A stretch of 64,000 nucleotides of DNA, taken from NCBI GenBank assembly GCA_038872135.1, contig JAVZGN010000001.1:147-64146 (forward strand), written 5' to 3'. The notes under the pieces are model-generated. The model searched no databases. It saw nothing but the letters and a program-made list of their open reading frames with translations, and was not told the origin of the DNA. Every line of letters begins with the position of its first letter. Position 1 is the first letter of the stretch. A program made the translations under genes and the position numbers. Shown here one piece after another: positions 29,164-39,026 of the stretch. The stretch is from Candidatus Hadarchaeales archaeon (GTDB lineage Archaea > Hadarchaeota > Hadarchaeia > Hadarchaeales > Hadarchaeaceae).

Positions 29164-29165
29164 GC

Positions 29166-29483
29166 TCAACTATCCCCACTATCTTGAAGTTTCATCAGGG
29201 CTTCCCTCCCAGTCATCCCCTTTGCGACACCCAGCGCTCTAGCCTTTGACGTGCAGGATTCTATCTTCGCTTCTAGGGCATCCTCAATTTTTGTTAGACC
29301 TTTTACTCTGGCTGCAGTGACATTGCGTTCATCTAAAGCGTCCATGTCAAAGCTTCTGCAGACAATCAATCCTTTCTTAGCTATTAACCCGATGATGGCT
29401 GGGATTTCGGGAAAATCCGGATTTCCGATTTTCACCCCAACAACGGTCGTCCCGTTTATTTCAACAGGTATTATCTCTATCAT
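29166..29483 (-). CDS. DUF1805/YunC family protein
   Basis: KGLIVC, AARVKGL..IED.L.A.I...T..A..LG...GMTGREAL. Confidence 0.85.
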   Translation of the reverse strand: MIEIIPVEINGTTVVGVKIGNPDFPEIPAIIGLIAKKGLIVCRSFDMDALDERNVTAARVKGLTKIEDALEAKIESCTSKARALGVAKGMTGREALMKLQDSGDS

Positions 29484-29556
29484 GATTGCCCCCGCGAGCT
29501 TTTTTACACACAGATCTCATTTTAACTACAAATAGAAACATATATATGTATTTTCG

Positions 29557-29569
29557 TTACAAATTGTAA
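29557..29569. promoter_or_regulatory. Putative Lrp-type operator
   Basis: Palindrome TTACA-AAT-TGTAA in divergent promoter; second palindrome ACATATATATGT at 29538-29549. Confidence 0.5.
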
Positions 29570-29577
29570 TAGATGCT

Positions 29578-30138
29578 ATGGATGATATCGATAAGAAAAT
29601 AATATCCTTCCTTCAAGAGGATGGACGGATCTCTCTTTCTGAAATAGGTCAGAAAGTGGGGCTCTCCCACGTAAGTGTAAGAAAAAGATTAAAAAATCTC
29701 TGTGAAAGTCTGGTTAAGGTTTCTGCTGGCCTTAACGCTGAGCAGCTTGCTCTCCATATTGCTATCGTGAACGCCGAAGTAGAAACACATGAACGCCTCC
29801 AGGAACTCATAGATATATTTTCAAAATGTCCGAGAATAGTGTTCGTGACCACCACGACGGGTGCCTACAACATGATGACGATAATGGTTGCGGAAGACGC
29901 CGACACCTTAAACGCAATTTTAGAGGTCTGCTCTGTACGAGCACAAAGAGGCATCAGACGGTCGGAAGCAGTCATAGGAGAAGCACCCGCAGTCCCAAGG
30001 TACCTCCCGATCAAAATTGTTCCCAATAAAGAAATGGAAGTAGCCCCATGTGGAATCAACTGTGGAAAATGTTCACGTTATAAAAATCAAAAATGCCTCG
30101 GTTGCCCTGCGACCAAGCATTATCGCGGTCCTCTTTGA
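29578..30138 (+). CDS. Lrp/AsnC regulator with Cys-rich C-terminal tail
   Basis: MDDIDKKII..LQEDGR HTH, TTGAYN, C-terminal PCGINCGKC...CLGCP. Confidence 0.88.
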   Translation: MDDIDKKIISFLQEDGRISLSEIGQKVGLSHVSVRKRLKNLCESLVKVSAGLNAEQLALHIAIVNAEVETHERLQELIDIFSKCPRIVFVTTTTGAYNMMTIMVAEDADTLNAILEVCSVRAQRGIRRSEAVIGEAPAVPRYLPIKIVPNKEMEVAPCGINCGKCSRYKNQKCLGCPATKHYRGPL

Positions 30139-30187
30139 ATTTCTTGCTATGCTGATGGATCGAGCAGCGAATTCCCAGAAATGGTGA

Positions 30188-30825
30188 TCAGATCGCTATC
30201 CCCAAGCCAGCTTTTCCTTCAAGCTTCAGGGAACAGTTCTGTGATTTTTTCTTATTGACGGTACAGTGGGCGGGCGCGATCAGGTCTAATCCCCATAATA
30301 TCACAAATTTTCAAAGCCGTGCATCCCGCCCGCGACACCTCGTATCTTCCCAAACTTTAAAGCCACAGAGAAAATATTTCGAACTCCCGGATGAGAACAC
30401 CCGACGATGACTGCCAACCCATTGCCTGTTTTCACAACATGGATTGTTTCTTGATCCCTTTGCCCAGTTCACCGTGGTCCAGACCCCCTTCCGTATCTTC
30501 CGGGCGTATTTTAGTTCGTGCAGATCAAAGCGGGAGGCCAGCTCCTTTCTCATGCTTTGAAAAAGATTGGAGAGCGTATACTTCTAAATCCCGCCTTTGT
30601 ATGCGATGCAAGTCTCCGAGGCGATCCCAGTGCGAGTGAGAAATGACCGCTCTCTTTATTTCCTCCAGATGGACCCCAAGTTCGAGAGTAATATGTTTCC
30701 ATCCCGTCCAGTATCGAACAGTATTTTCTCGTCCTTGAACTCGAGCAGGCGGGAAAGCCCCAACCCTTTTCGAATCCCGGCTTCGCTTCGTTGTCATAAA
30801 TGATTTTCAGTTTCATTTCCATCAC
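30188..30825 (-). pseudogene. Frameshifted MBL-fold metallo-hydrolase
   Basis: Segments KIIYDN..GWGF, ISHSHWD..G and IAPAHCT lie in different frames with stops. Confidence 0.8.
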
Positions 30826-31091
30826 ACCTGAGGCTCAATTGAGATTGGCAGGCTCATTAACTCAAGTGCCCAGCTCCTCGGGCGGTGAAGGCTTGGACGC
30901 AAAGATTGGGGGACGGCGCTCGACAAGCATGCTAGCCACCTTATTCTTAGCGTTCTGGCATGGAGGCTGCTGAATGGTTCCATTCTTTCCTCACGTTCCT
31001 CACGCGTATATCTTTTTATGATCCAGAGGGGAGCACGTTGAAAAAATTTAGAGAACAAAAATAATCCCTTTTCTGCCGTCTGAATGCGCAT
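30822..31091 (-). pseudogene. Possible degraded NifB/NifX-family gene
   Basis: N-terminus MRI.T.EKGL...S..F.RAP resembles the family start; remainder divergent. Confidence 0.3.
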
Positions 31092-31139
31092 GAAGATTAT
31101 TATCGATTGTTTTATACAGTCTGAAAGCGATGTTCAATC

Positions 31140-31456
31140 GGCGACGGGCTACGGCGGGCGGCTACCCCTCGCCTATCAACCACAAATGGGGTTCACGGTG
31201 GGCCGAAGCAGGAGGGCGGTGTCTGCAACCGTGCGCCTGCTCCGGTTACCGGCGTGGAAGTCTCGTCCCGCTGGGCCGGTGGTGGTGGGGCCTCGGTCGT
31301 AGGATCGAGGAGAACCACCTTTGCCTGCTGAACCCGGCCAGGACCGGAAGGTAGCAGCCGTAGGCAGGACACTGGGCGCTGGCGGCAAACGGGACGGAGC
31401 CAAGGGGCCGGGTGTGGGTGTGCGGGGAGGGCATCAACTTCCTGCGGCCCGTCGCC
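31140..31456 (+). ncRNA. ffs: Archaeal SRP (7S) RNA
   Basis: Terminal helix GGCGACGGGC/GCCCGTCGCC, helix-8 motif GCCAGG.CCGGAAGG.AGCAGC, about 317 nt, GC-rich, TTTATA box upstream. Confidence 0.93.
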
Positions 31457-31459
31457 TCC

Positions 31460-31548
31460 GCCGGGGTGCCCCAGCCAGGTACGGGGCGGGGTTGCTAACC
31501 CCGTTGCGCGTAAGCGCTTCCAGGGTTCAAATCCCTGCCCCGGCGCCA
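31460..31548 (+). tRNA. tRNA-Ser(GCT)
   Basis: GCCGGGG/CCCCGGC acceptor, TT-GCT-AA loop, long variable arm, encoded CCA. Confidence 0.95.
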
Positions 31549-32666
31549 CTCAAAATTTCTAGGACCAACTCCTCGCATCGTTGAATATTTTTCCTCGCGT
31601 CAAAATTTTCGATCGCATGTTTTCGTGCGTTCCTTCCCAGCCTTCTTCGCAGGCTCTCGTCTTTTAGAATTCTTATGATAGCTTCTGCAAGAGCGTTTGA
31701 ATTTTTTTCCTGTACCAAGATTCCAGTTTTTCCATTCAAAACATATTCTGGGATCCCACCACAAAATGTGGAGACAACGGGCGTTCCGCAAGCCATGCTT
31801 TGAATGTTGACCATCCCCACCTGCTCCTCAAATTTTCTAGTGGTTATAGATGGAGTGACGGTCAGCCGGGCGGCCCTGAAGTATTTTGGCATGTCTTCAT
31901 TTTTCACGACACCAAGCAGGATGACGTCTTTTTCAAGCCTGTGAGCTTTTGCGTAATCCACGATCAGAGGGCGGAGGGATCCATCCCCAGCGATCACAAG
32001 CTTGACATCTTTTACGGCCCGTTTCACTTCTTTAAATGCTGGAAGGAGATATCTGATTCCCTTATGTTCTTCAAGGAGTCCTGCAAAGAAAATTGCCCGC
32101 CCAAAATCCGGTTCCTCGCCGGTTTTCGTTGGTGTGAATTTATTGATGTCAACGCCCCAAGTTCCCCACATCAGGCGCTTTAACTTCTCTTCATTAATGC
32201 CAACCTCCAACAAATTTCTTTTTGCCCTGCTATTCAGATAAATCACAGCTCGGGCGTGGGAAGCATAGAATTTGAGATAGATTTTCAAAAAGGGTGCGAA
32301 CACCCCAAACTTTATTTCAGGGGGGCGTTGTTCAAGCATGGGGAAGAACATTGGAACATCCAAAATCTTTGACATAAGAAAACTTGCGGCACAGGCGGGA
32401 AAAGTGAGAGGAAAACCATATGGCTCCGATCCCTGAATGATGTTTGGAGAGCATTCCTTTAATTTTTTGCAGAGATCGAAAAAACTGGAGTATCTAATAA
32501 GGCCTTTGAATTCCTCTGGTTTGAAATCTCGATAGGGTGCTCGATGGTAGAAATGAATGACTTCCACTTTTTTAAAATATTTTGCTGGCTCTACAACATC
32601 TCGTCTCACATCTGTACTTATTATCGCCATCTTTGGTTTCATCAAACTTCTCTCCTTTTCTCCCAT
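31527..32666 (-). CDS. GT4 family glycosyltransferase
   Basis: GVD...F.P, G.L...KG, AGDG, EQVGMV.IQSMACGTPVV. Confidence 0.9.
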   Translation of the reverse strand: MGEKERSLMKPKMAIISTDVRRDVVEPAKYFKKVEVIHFYHRAPYRDFKPEEFKGLIRYSSFFDLCKKLKECSPNIIQGSEPYGFPLTFPACAASFLMSKILDVPMFFPMLEQRPPEIKFGVFAPFLKIYLKFYASHARAVIYLNSRAKRNLLEVGINEEKLKRLMWGTWGVDINKFTPTKTGEEPDFGRAIFFAGLLEEHKGIRYLLPAFKEVKRAVKDVKLVIAGDGSLRPLIVDYAKAHRLEKDVILLGVVKNEDMPKYFRAARLTVTPSITTRKFEEQVGMVNIQSMACGTPVVSTFCGGIPEYVLNGKTGILVQEKNSNALAEAIIRILKDESLRRRLGRNARKHAIENFDARKNIQRCEELVLEILSGAGAGI

Positions 32667-32735
32667 GAAATATTTTTACTATCCTAACAAATTCTTGTAG
32701 TGGCCCTATTTTAGATGCAACCAGCTCGATGTTAT

Positions 32736-33545
32736 TCAAATTTCCTTTTTCCCCCTGATGTATCTCCTGTAGGCCGCATCGACGGCCATGGCACTCTTGG
32801 AAAGGATCTTGTGAGACGTCAGGGAAGAGAAGTATCTTATTTCCTTTGGTAGGCAATGCCCGCCGATTCCGTCTCGGGCTTCCAGAATTTCAATATTCCA
32901 TTTTGTGTTGCAGGCTTCTCTCACTTCTTCAAATTTTAACCCAAGCTCTTCACACACCATTCTCATTTCTTCTGCAAATGCAATCTGGACATATCTATAG
33001 GCATTTTCGGCAACTTTTGCCATCTCAGCTACTTCGATCCGTGAAACCGGAAAGAGGGGGATCTTCAACCTGTCTCTGTAGAACCTGATACCTGCTTTCA
33101 GACTTCTCGCATTTATTCCTCCAATTACTCTTAATTGCTTCACACCATGTTTGAGGGGCTCTTTCGCCCAATATCGGTGTGGAACATGAACGAGGAGTCC
33201 TCTGCCCTCAAAGAAATTATAAACCTTCTTGCATGTACCAGGAATGATTGTGCTTTCAATTGAGATCAACGTATCCCTTTTCGACTTACCGGCAATCTTT
33301 TCACAGACATCAAAAACTGGTCCGAGGTCGGGTTCATCTTTTTTCAGCAACGTGCTTACACATATCACATAAACATCGGCCGGCGTAACTTCCTCCCATT
33401 TAACTACGGCAGGTATGCCGTTCTTCTTTGCCCGTTCCACAGCAGCCGCGCTTATATCATAGCCCTGAACGGAAAATCCCCGTTTAGCGATATACTTCGC
33501 TGTGGGAAGCCCTATTTCACCTAGCCCTAATACACATACTCTCAT
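32736..33545 (-). CDS. Short UDP-glucose/GDP-mannose dehydrogenase family protein
   Basis: GLGEIG, IEST..PG, AEMAKVAEN.YR...IAFA.E, GIGGHCLPK; ends before the usual C-terminal domain. Confidence 0.85.
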   Translation of the reverse strand: MRVCVLGLGEIGLPTAKYIAKRGFSVQGYDISAAAVERAKKNGIPAVVKWEEVTPADVYVICVSTLLKKDEPDLGPVFDVCEKIAGKSKRDTLISIESTIIPGTCKKVYNFFEGRGLLVHVPHRYWAKEPLKHGVKQLRVIGGINARSLKAGIRFYRDRLKIPLFPVSRIEVAEMAKVAENAYRYVQIAFAEEMRMVCEELGLKFEEVREACNTKWNIEILEARDGIGGHCLPKEIRYFSSLTSHKILSKSAMAVDAAYRRYIRGKKEI

Positions 33546-33611
33546 AGATGTCAATGAATTACAGATTTTTGGGTATTTATCTGTTTTTTAGGGTTAAAGA
33601 AAAAAATCGAA

Positions 33612-34643
33612 TCAGACCTGAGGAGCAATGTAGGCTTTAAACCATTCAGCGGTTTTGCTCAGTCCTTTTTCCAAGCTCGTTCGCGGCGACCACCCCAAGA
33701 GTTTCCTTGCTTTCGTTATGTCCGGGCATCTGCGTTTCGGATCTCCAGGTGGCAATGGAGCAAAAGAAACATCTAGAGCAGCGCCAGTGATTTTTTTCAC
33801 GATTTCTGCCAGGTCAAGTATTCTTATTTCCTCGTTGTTTCCGATGTTTACAACTTCTCCCTTAGCTTTTTCAGATGTTAAAAGTAGGAGCAATCCTTCT
33901 ATTTCATCGGCCACATAGACAAATGATCTGGTCTGGCTTCCATCTCCAAATACCGTTAGTGGTTTTCCGGTGAGGGCTTGCGCGATGAACCGCGGAACAA
34001 CCCTACCGTAGATTCCATCGGCTCTCATCCGCGGCCCATATGTATTGAAAATCCTGCTTATCCTGACGTCTACATTGAACTCTTTTAGATAGGCCCGCGC
34101 CAGTGCCTCGCCAGTTCGCTTCGATTCTTCGTAAGCACTTCTTGGACCCACTGGATCAACATTCCCGGTATAAGTTTCTGGCGTTGGGACGACAAGTGGA
34201 TCACCATAGACCTCGCTAGTGGAGGTGAAGAGAAACTTAGCCCCGCTTTTTCTCGCTATTTCTAAGGCATTCTCAGTCCCCCGCGTGTTTGCTTTTATTA
34301 TCTCGATAGGAAATTTCTCCAACTCAAAGGGAGAAGCCCTGCTTGCGGCATGAATGACGAAATCAAATTTTTCCTTGAGAGGTATCGGCTGTGAAACATC
34401 GTGCTCTATGAGCCTGAAATTTTTGTGGGAGAGTAAATGAGAAATGTTTGATTTCAGACCGCTGGCAAAATTGTCTAAGCACCATACCTTGGCTCCATCT
34501 TTGATTAGCACATCGCATATCCAGGAGCCCAAAAACCCCGCCCCGCCTGTTATCAACACCCGTCTATCCTCGAAAGTTACCCCCTTCGCCCTTAACCTTC
34601 GGCGGATCTCCTCCACATCTTCTTCTATCTTTGGGTCTCTCAT
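33612..34643 (-). CDS. UDP-glucuronate decarboxylase-like NAD-dependent epimerase/dehydratase
   Basis: TGGAGFLGS, STSEVYGDP, Y..SKR, RIFNTYGPRM, GDGSQTRSF, DP.RRCPDI. Confidence 0.9.
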   Translation of the reverse strand: MRDPKIEEDVEEIRRRLRAKGVTFEDRRVLITGGAGFLGSWICDVLIKDGAKVWCLDNFASGLKSNISHLLSHKNFRLIEHDVSQPIPLKEKFDFVIHAASRASPFELEKFPIEIIKANTRGTENALEIARKSGAKFLFTSTSEVYGDPLVVPTPETYTGNVDPVGPRSAYEESKRTGEALARAYLKEFNVDVRISRIFNTYGPRMRADGIYGRVVPRFIAQALTGKPLTVFGDGSQTRSFVYVADEIEGLLLLLTSEKAKGEVVNIGNNEEIRILDLAEIVKKITGAALDVSFAPLPPGDPKRRCPDITKARKLLGWSPRTSLEKGLSKTAEWFKAYIAPQV

Positions 34644-34751
34644 GCTTTTTCTATATGTCTGTAGGGGCTAAAATAGATATCGAGAACCAAGCGATTTCTC
34701 GTGCAATCTCCGCCGTGTTTATTTAAGTGGGCGAGAAGTAATTTAGAAACA

Positions 34752-35765
34752 ATGGTGAATATTGGGATTATTGGACTTGGATATTGGGGGCCAAATTATC
34801 TCAGAATAGTCCGAGAGCTAGAACACTGTAAGGTGAGCTATTGCTGCGATCTCGATGAAAAGGCGCTTGAAAGAGCAAAATTGGTTGCCCCAGAAATAAA
34901 AATCACGAAAGACTTCAGAAAAGTGGCGGAGGATCCAGAAACCGACGCGGTGATAATAACGACACCTTTGAACACCCATTATGAGATAGGTAAATTCTGC
35001 TTGGAGCACGGGAAACACGTACTGATGGAAAAGCCATTTGCATCCAATTCCGATGAGGCTAGGGCCCTTGCAAAAATTTCTGAGAAGAATGATTTAGTGT
35101 TGATGGCCGGGCATGTGTATGAATATCACCCGGCCGTGAGAAAACTTAAGGAGGAGATAAAGGCCGGTAAGCTTGGGGATGTTTATTACATGAGCGCTGA
35201 GAGGGTAGGGCTTGGCCCGATAAGGAAGTATGCGAGTGCTCTCTGGGACCTAGCCACTCATGACATCTCGATAGCCCTCTACCTGTTCGAGAAGATGCCG
35301 AGGGAAGTGAGTGCCCAGTCTGAATCTTACATCCAAAAGAAGGTCCCCGACGTCGTGTTTTTGACAATGAAATTTCCTGGCGATATCTTATGCAACATTC
35401 ACGCGAGCTGGATTGCCCCCGAGAAGATTAGAAAGGTAACGCTGGTCGGCTCAAAGGGAATGGCTGTTTTTGATGATGTGAACAAATCGGAGATGCTAAA
35501 GATTTATGAAAGAGAAATCGATAAGAGCCGCTTAAACAGCACACCAAAGTATATTGATCATCAGAGAATAGTGAAAATCGGGAATGTCTACATGCCGCCG
35601 GTGGAGCAGTCGGAGCCCCTGAGAATTCAGTGTGAGCACTTCATTGAGTGTATACTTAAAAACAGGCGGCCCGCCACCGACGCCATGGATGGGCTGAAGG
35701 TAATAAAAATTTTGGAGGCCGCCGAGAAATCTATCAGAAAAAGGAGGGAGGGAAAATTCCGATAA
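34752..35765 (+). CDS. Gfo/Idh/MocA oxidoreductase (WlbA-like)
   Basis: GLGYWG, EKP, WDLATHD, ASW..PEK.R. Confidence 0.88.
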   Translation: MVNIGIIGLGYWGPNYLRIVRELEHCKVSYCCDLDEKALERAKLVAPEIKITKDFRKVAEDPETDAVIITTPLNTHYEIGKFCLEHGKHVLMEKPFASNSDEARALAKISEKNDLVLMAGHVYEYHPAVRKLKEEIKAGKLGDVYYMSAERVGLGPIRKYASALWDLATHDISIALYLFEKMPREVSAQSESYIQKKVPDVVFLTMKFPGDILCNIHASWIAPEKIRKVTLVGSKGMAVFDDVNKSEMLKIYEREIDKSRLNSTPKYIDHQRIVKIGNVYMPPVEQSEPLRIQCEHFIECILKNRRPATDAMDGLKVIKILEAAEKSIRKRREGKFR

Positions 35766-35776
35766 AAAATGTAGAA

Positions 35777-36193
35777 ATGGGAAAAAATGTTAAGATACCA
35801 TTTCCTGAGCTGGTAAACCTCTATGGGTGTAAGATCGGGGATAATTGCTTCATCGGGCCATTCGTTGAGATTCAGGAGGGTGTAGAAATTGGTGCCGGAA
35901 GCAGAATTCAGTCCCACTCCTTCATCTGCACCGGAGTAAAAATAGGAAAGAATGTTTTTGTGGGGCATGGGGTCATGTTCATAAACGATAGATACCCTGT
36001 TCGAAGAGATCCAGCTTTCTGGGAGGAGACGATTGTGGAAGATGATGTAGCTATAGGAAACAATGCAACGATTCTCCCATGCAGGATAGGAAAGGGAGCG
36101 CTGGTTGGAGCGGGAGCGGTTGTCACAAAGGATGTTCCTCCAGGAAAAGTTGTAGCTGGCAATCCAGCGAGGATTATCGGTGATCGAAAGTGA
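35777..36193 (+). CDS. Hexapeptide-repeat N-acetyltransferase (WlbB-like)
   Basis: [41 protein letters not shown]. Confidence 0.9.
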   Translation: MGKNVKIPFPELVNLYGCKIGDNCFIGPFVEIQEGVEIGAGSRIQSHSFICTGVKIGKNVFVGHGVMFINDRYPVRRDPAFWEETIVEDDVAIGNNATILPCRIGKGALVGAGAVVTKDVPPGKVVAGNPARIIGDRK

Positions 36194-37296
36194 AGGTCCC
36201 CCTTGTCGATCTTGTCCGCCAATATAGAAGCATAAAGGGGAGCATTGATAGCGCCATAAAGGAGGTTCTCAGCAGCGGTTCATTTATCTTGGGGAAGAAT
36301 GTTGTAACTTTTGAAAAGAATTTTGCAAAATATTGTGGAGTGAAATATGGGGTTGGCGTAGCCTCTGGCACAGATGCTCTTAGGCTGGCCCTTGCGGCTC
36401 TAGGCATAAAAGCTGGTGATGAGGTAATAACAACTGCAAACACCTTTATTTCAACAGTCGATGCTATATCCAACAATCAGGCGAAACCGATTTTTGTCGA
36501 TGTAGATGAAACCTACACAATGGATGTCGAAAAATTGAAGGAGGCGATAACCCCTCGCGTGAAGGCCATCATCCCAGTTCACCTTTATGGTCACCCAGCA
36601 GAAATGGCGCAGATTTTGGAAATAGCTGAGAAGCACGGAATAGCGGTAGTGGAGGATGCGGCTCAAGCTCATGGGGCGGAATATAAAAAGAGAAAGGTTG
36701 GAAGTTTTGGAGATTGTGCTTGTTTCAGTTTTTATCCCGCAAAGAACCTTGGGGCATATGGCGATGGGGGGATAATCTTGACCAATGATGACGAGATTCA
36801 TGAAAAACTTTACATGCTTAGAAACTATGGCCAGAGGGAGAAAAATAGGCATGAGTTCATCGGATGTAACAGCAGATTGGATGAGCTCCAGGCAGCGATC
36901 CTAAATGTTAAGCTGAAATATCTGGAGAGATGGAACTCTGCTAGAAGAAGGGTAGCTAAGGAATATTCTAGGAGATTGGGGGAAAATGAAAAGCTGGTTT
37001 TGCCGCAAGAGAAGCCCCATGTAAAGCATGTTTTTCATCTTTATGTCGTAAGAACGGAGAGGAGGGACGAGCTGCGTGAATGGCTGAAGGCAAGAGGAAT
37101 CGAAACAGGCATTCATTATCCAATTCCCGTTCATCTTCAGAAGGCATACGCGCATCTAGGAGTTAAAGAAGGGAGCCTACCAAAAACGGAGAAATATTCG
37201 CGGGAAATTATTTCACTGCCGATGTTCCCGGAGATGAGAAAATCAGAAGTTGGGCATGTTTGCGATTCCATCGAAAGCTTTTTTGAGAGGAGTTAA
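36190..37296 (+). CDS. DegT/DnrJ/EryC1/StrS aminotransferase
   Basis: [45 protein letters not shown]. Confidence 0.93.
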   Translation: MKVPLVDLVRQYRSIKGSIDSAIKEVLSSGSFILGKNVVTFEKNFAKYCGVKYGVGVASGTDALRLALAALGIKAGDEVITTANTFISTVDAISNNQAKPIFVDVDETYTMDVEKLKEAITPRVKAIIPVHLYGHPAEMAQILEIAEKHGIAVVEDAAQAHGAEYKKRKVGSFGDCACFSFYPAKNLGAYGDGGIILTNDDEIHEKLYMLRNYGQREKNRHEFIGCNSRLDELQAAILNVKLKYLERWNSARRRVAKEYSRRLGENEKLVLPQEKPHVKHVFHLYVVRTERRDELREWLKARGIETGIHYPIPVHLQKAYAHLGVKEGSLPKTEKYSREIISLPMFPEMRKSEVGHVCDSIESFFERS

Positions 37297-37299
37297 AAA

Positions 37300-38424
37300 T
37301 TATTTCCGCAATTTCTTAAGATATTCTATGAGGGGCTTCTTCATAATTTCATTGTCCACTTCCCACTTTCTTTTTCTGCAGTTTTCTTTCAACCTTTTGT
37401 AGAGCTTTTTATCCTCAAGAAGTCGAAGAATACCTTTTGCGATATCTTCTGGCGTGTCTTTGACTACTATTCCAACGTCAAGCTTCCTCACCCACTCGGC
37501 ATGCTCGCCAGTGTCAGTGCACACTTGGGGAATTTCGGCGGCAATGTGTTCAAAGACTTTAAGCGATGAGATGACTCTGGTCATGAATGCATCTCTCGCT
37601 GGCATCACCGCAATGTAGGCACCTTTAAGGTTAGAAATGGCTTCCTCATGAGGGCTGTATCTTATCCAAACTACTCCCTCTTTTTTGCTGAGAAGCCTGC
37701 CGAGTTCTGGATCATATTTTACTTCTTCATCGCAGCCCCCCATGACTACGAGTTGGGTTTCCGGATGTTTTTTCTTTACTATTTCAAAGGCGCGAAGAAG
37801 AAGGTCTACCCCCTTCCACCTGGGGAAGCCGCCCATGTAGAAGATAGTTTTCTTTCTGAACCTTTTGGGCTTTATGCGAGAGATTTTTGCAACATTGGCC
37901 CCATTGTAGACCCGGAAGACATTTCTGTTAAGGTGCAACTTTTTATATTTCTCTGTTGAGTACCACGAGACGCAGAAGACGGCATTACTGAGTTTTATGG
38001 AAATTAGTTCCATCAACTCATAAACTGGGAACAGAAGTCTCCTTAAAACCCTCTTGTAGAGAGGCCCCTGCCAGGTTTTTTCCAATGCCATCTCCCCATA
38101 GAGCTCTATCACCACGGTGAGGACATTTTTTTTCGCGGCTTTCAGAATCGCCAACGAAAGAAAGTGGAAATATGGAGCAGAAAGAAACACAAACGTGTCG
38201 TATTTTTTGATAAAATGTGGCAGCTTCAGGAAAAAAATAATGGAATGGAGAATTTTATGCCCGACCGTTTGCCCGTAGTTTGGAGGCATGAGAAAGACAT
38301 CGGAAATCCCACAAACTCTAAAAAATTCGGAAACGGTAGAGGTATAATCAAAACCAATGACTTTTCTTTGTGTCGTGTGCATCACGATTTTTTTCTCCAC
38401 CACTCTTAAAACTCTATGGCGCAA
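37300..38424 (-). CDS. GT4 family glycosyltransferase (start uncertain)
   Basis: VYNG, Y.GG...WKGVD, SLKVFEH.A...P.V.T. Confidence 0.85.
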   Translation of the reverse strand: MRHRVLRVVEKKIVMHTTQRKVIGFDYTSTVSEFFRVCGISDVFLMPPNYGQTVGHKILHSIIFFLKLPHFIKKYDTFVFLSAPYFHFLSLAILKAAKKNVLTVVIELYGEMALEKTWQGPLYKRVLRRLLFPVYELMELISIKLSNAVFCVSWYSTEKYKKLHLNRNVFRVYNGANVAKISRIKPKRFRKKTIFYMGGFPRWKGVDLLLRAFEIVKKKHPETQLVVMGGCDEEVKYDPELGRLLSKKEGVVWIRYSPHEEAISNLKGAYIAVMPARDAFMTRVISSLKVFEHIAAEIPQVCTDTGEHAEWVRKLDVGIVVKDTPEDIAKGILRLLEDKKLYKRLKENCRKRKWEVDNEIMKKPLIEYLKKLRK

Positions 38425-38555
38425 AATTTCTCGTGGAAATTTTTTGATAGAATCTAGAAGGGCGGTGGCTCTAGGGGTGATGGTTGCATCTTGTGCAGGT
38501 TATATGGGCTGCAGTCCTCCAGAACAGATAATAGTTACTAGAACAGTTTTTAGTG

Positions 38556-38984
38556 ATGAAAATTTATACGGTCGGACACTCCACGCGCAGGATGAAAGAT
38601 TTCATCAATATTCTCAAACATTTTCAGATAGAGCTCGTGGTAGATGTCCGGCGCTGGCCAGCGAGCAAAAAATTTCCCCGCTTTAACAAAAAGAATCTTC
38701 AGGCAAAGTTGAAAAAAGCTAGCATTGACTACATTCATTTTCCCGAACTTGGGGGTTACAGGAAAGGGGGCTACGCGGCTTTTGCGCAAACGAAAGAGTT
38801 TGAAAATGCGATAAGGGAGCTTCTGAAAATTGTCGATGATAGGACTGTAGCACTTCTTTGCGCGGAGATGCTGTGGTTCAAATGCCATCGGCGATATATC
38901 GCCGAGAGATTGGTCAAGCTTGGGTATTCTGTAACGCACATTTTTGATGAGCGGAGAACTCAGAAGCACAAGCTTAGGGAATAA
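38556..38984 (+). CDS. DUF488 family protein
   Basis: IYTVGHS, VDVRRWP.S, ELGG.R, LLCAE...CHR. Confidence 0.9.
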   Translation: MKIYTVGHSTRRMKDFINILKHFQIELVVDVRRWPASKKFPRFNKKNLQAKLKKASIDYIHFPELGGYRKGGYAAFAQTKEFENAIRELLKIVDDRTVALLCAEMLWFKCHRRYIAERLVKLGYSVTHIFDERRTQKHKLRE

Positions 38985-39026
38985 AATGATGTTAAAATAT
39001 TTGTAAGGGAAATTATTGACGAGATA

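Noticed and set aside
31084..31584. Several short GC-rich ORFs
   Set aside because: They overlap SRP RNA and tRNA-Ser
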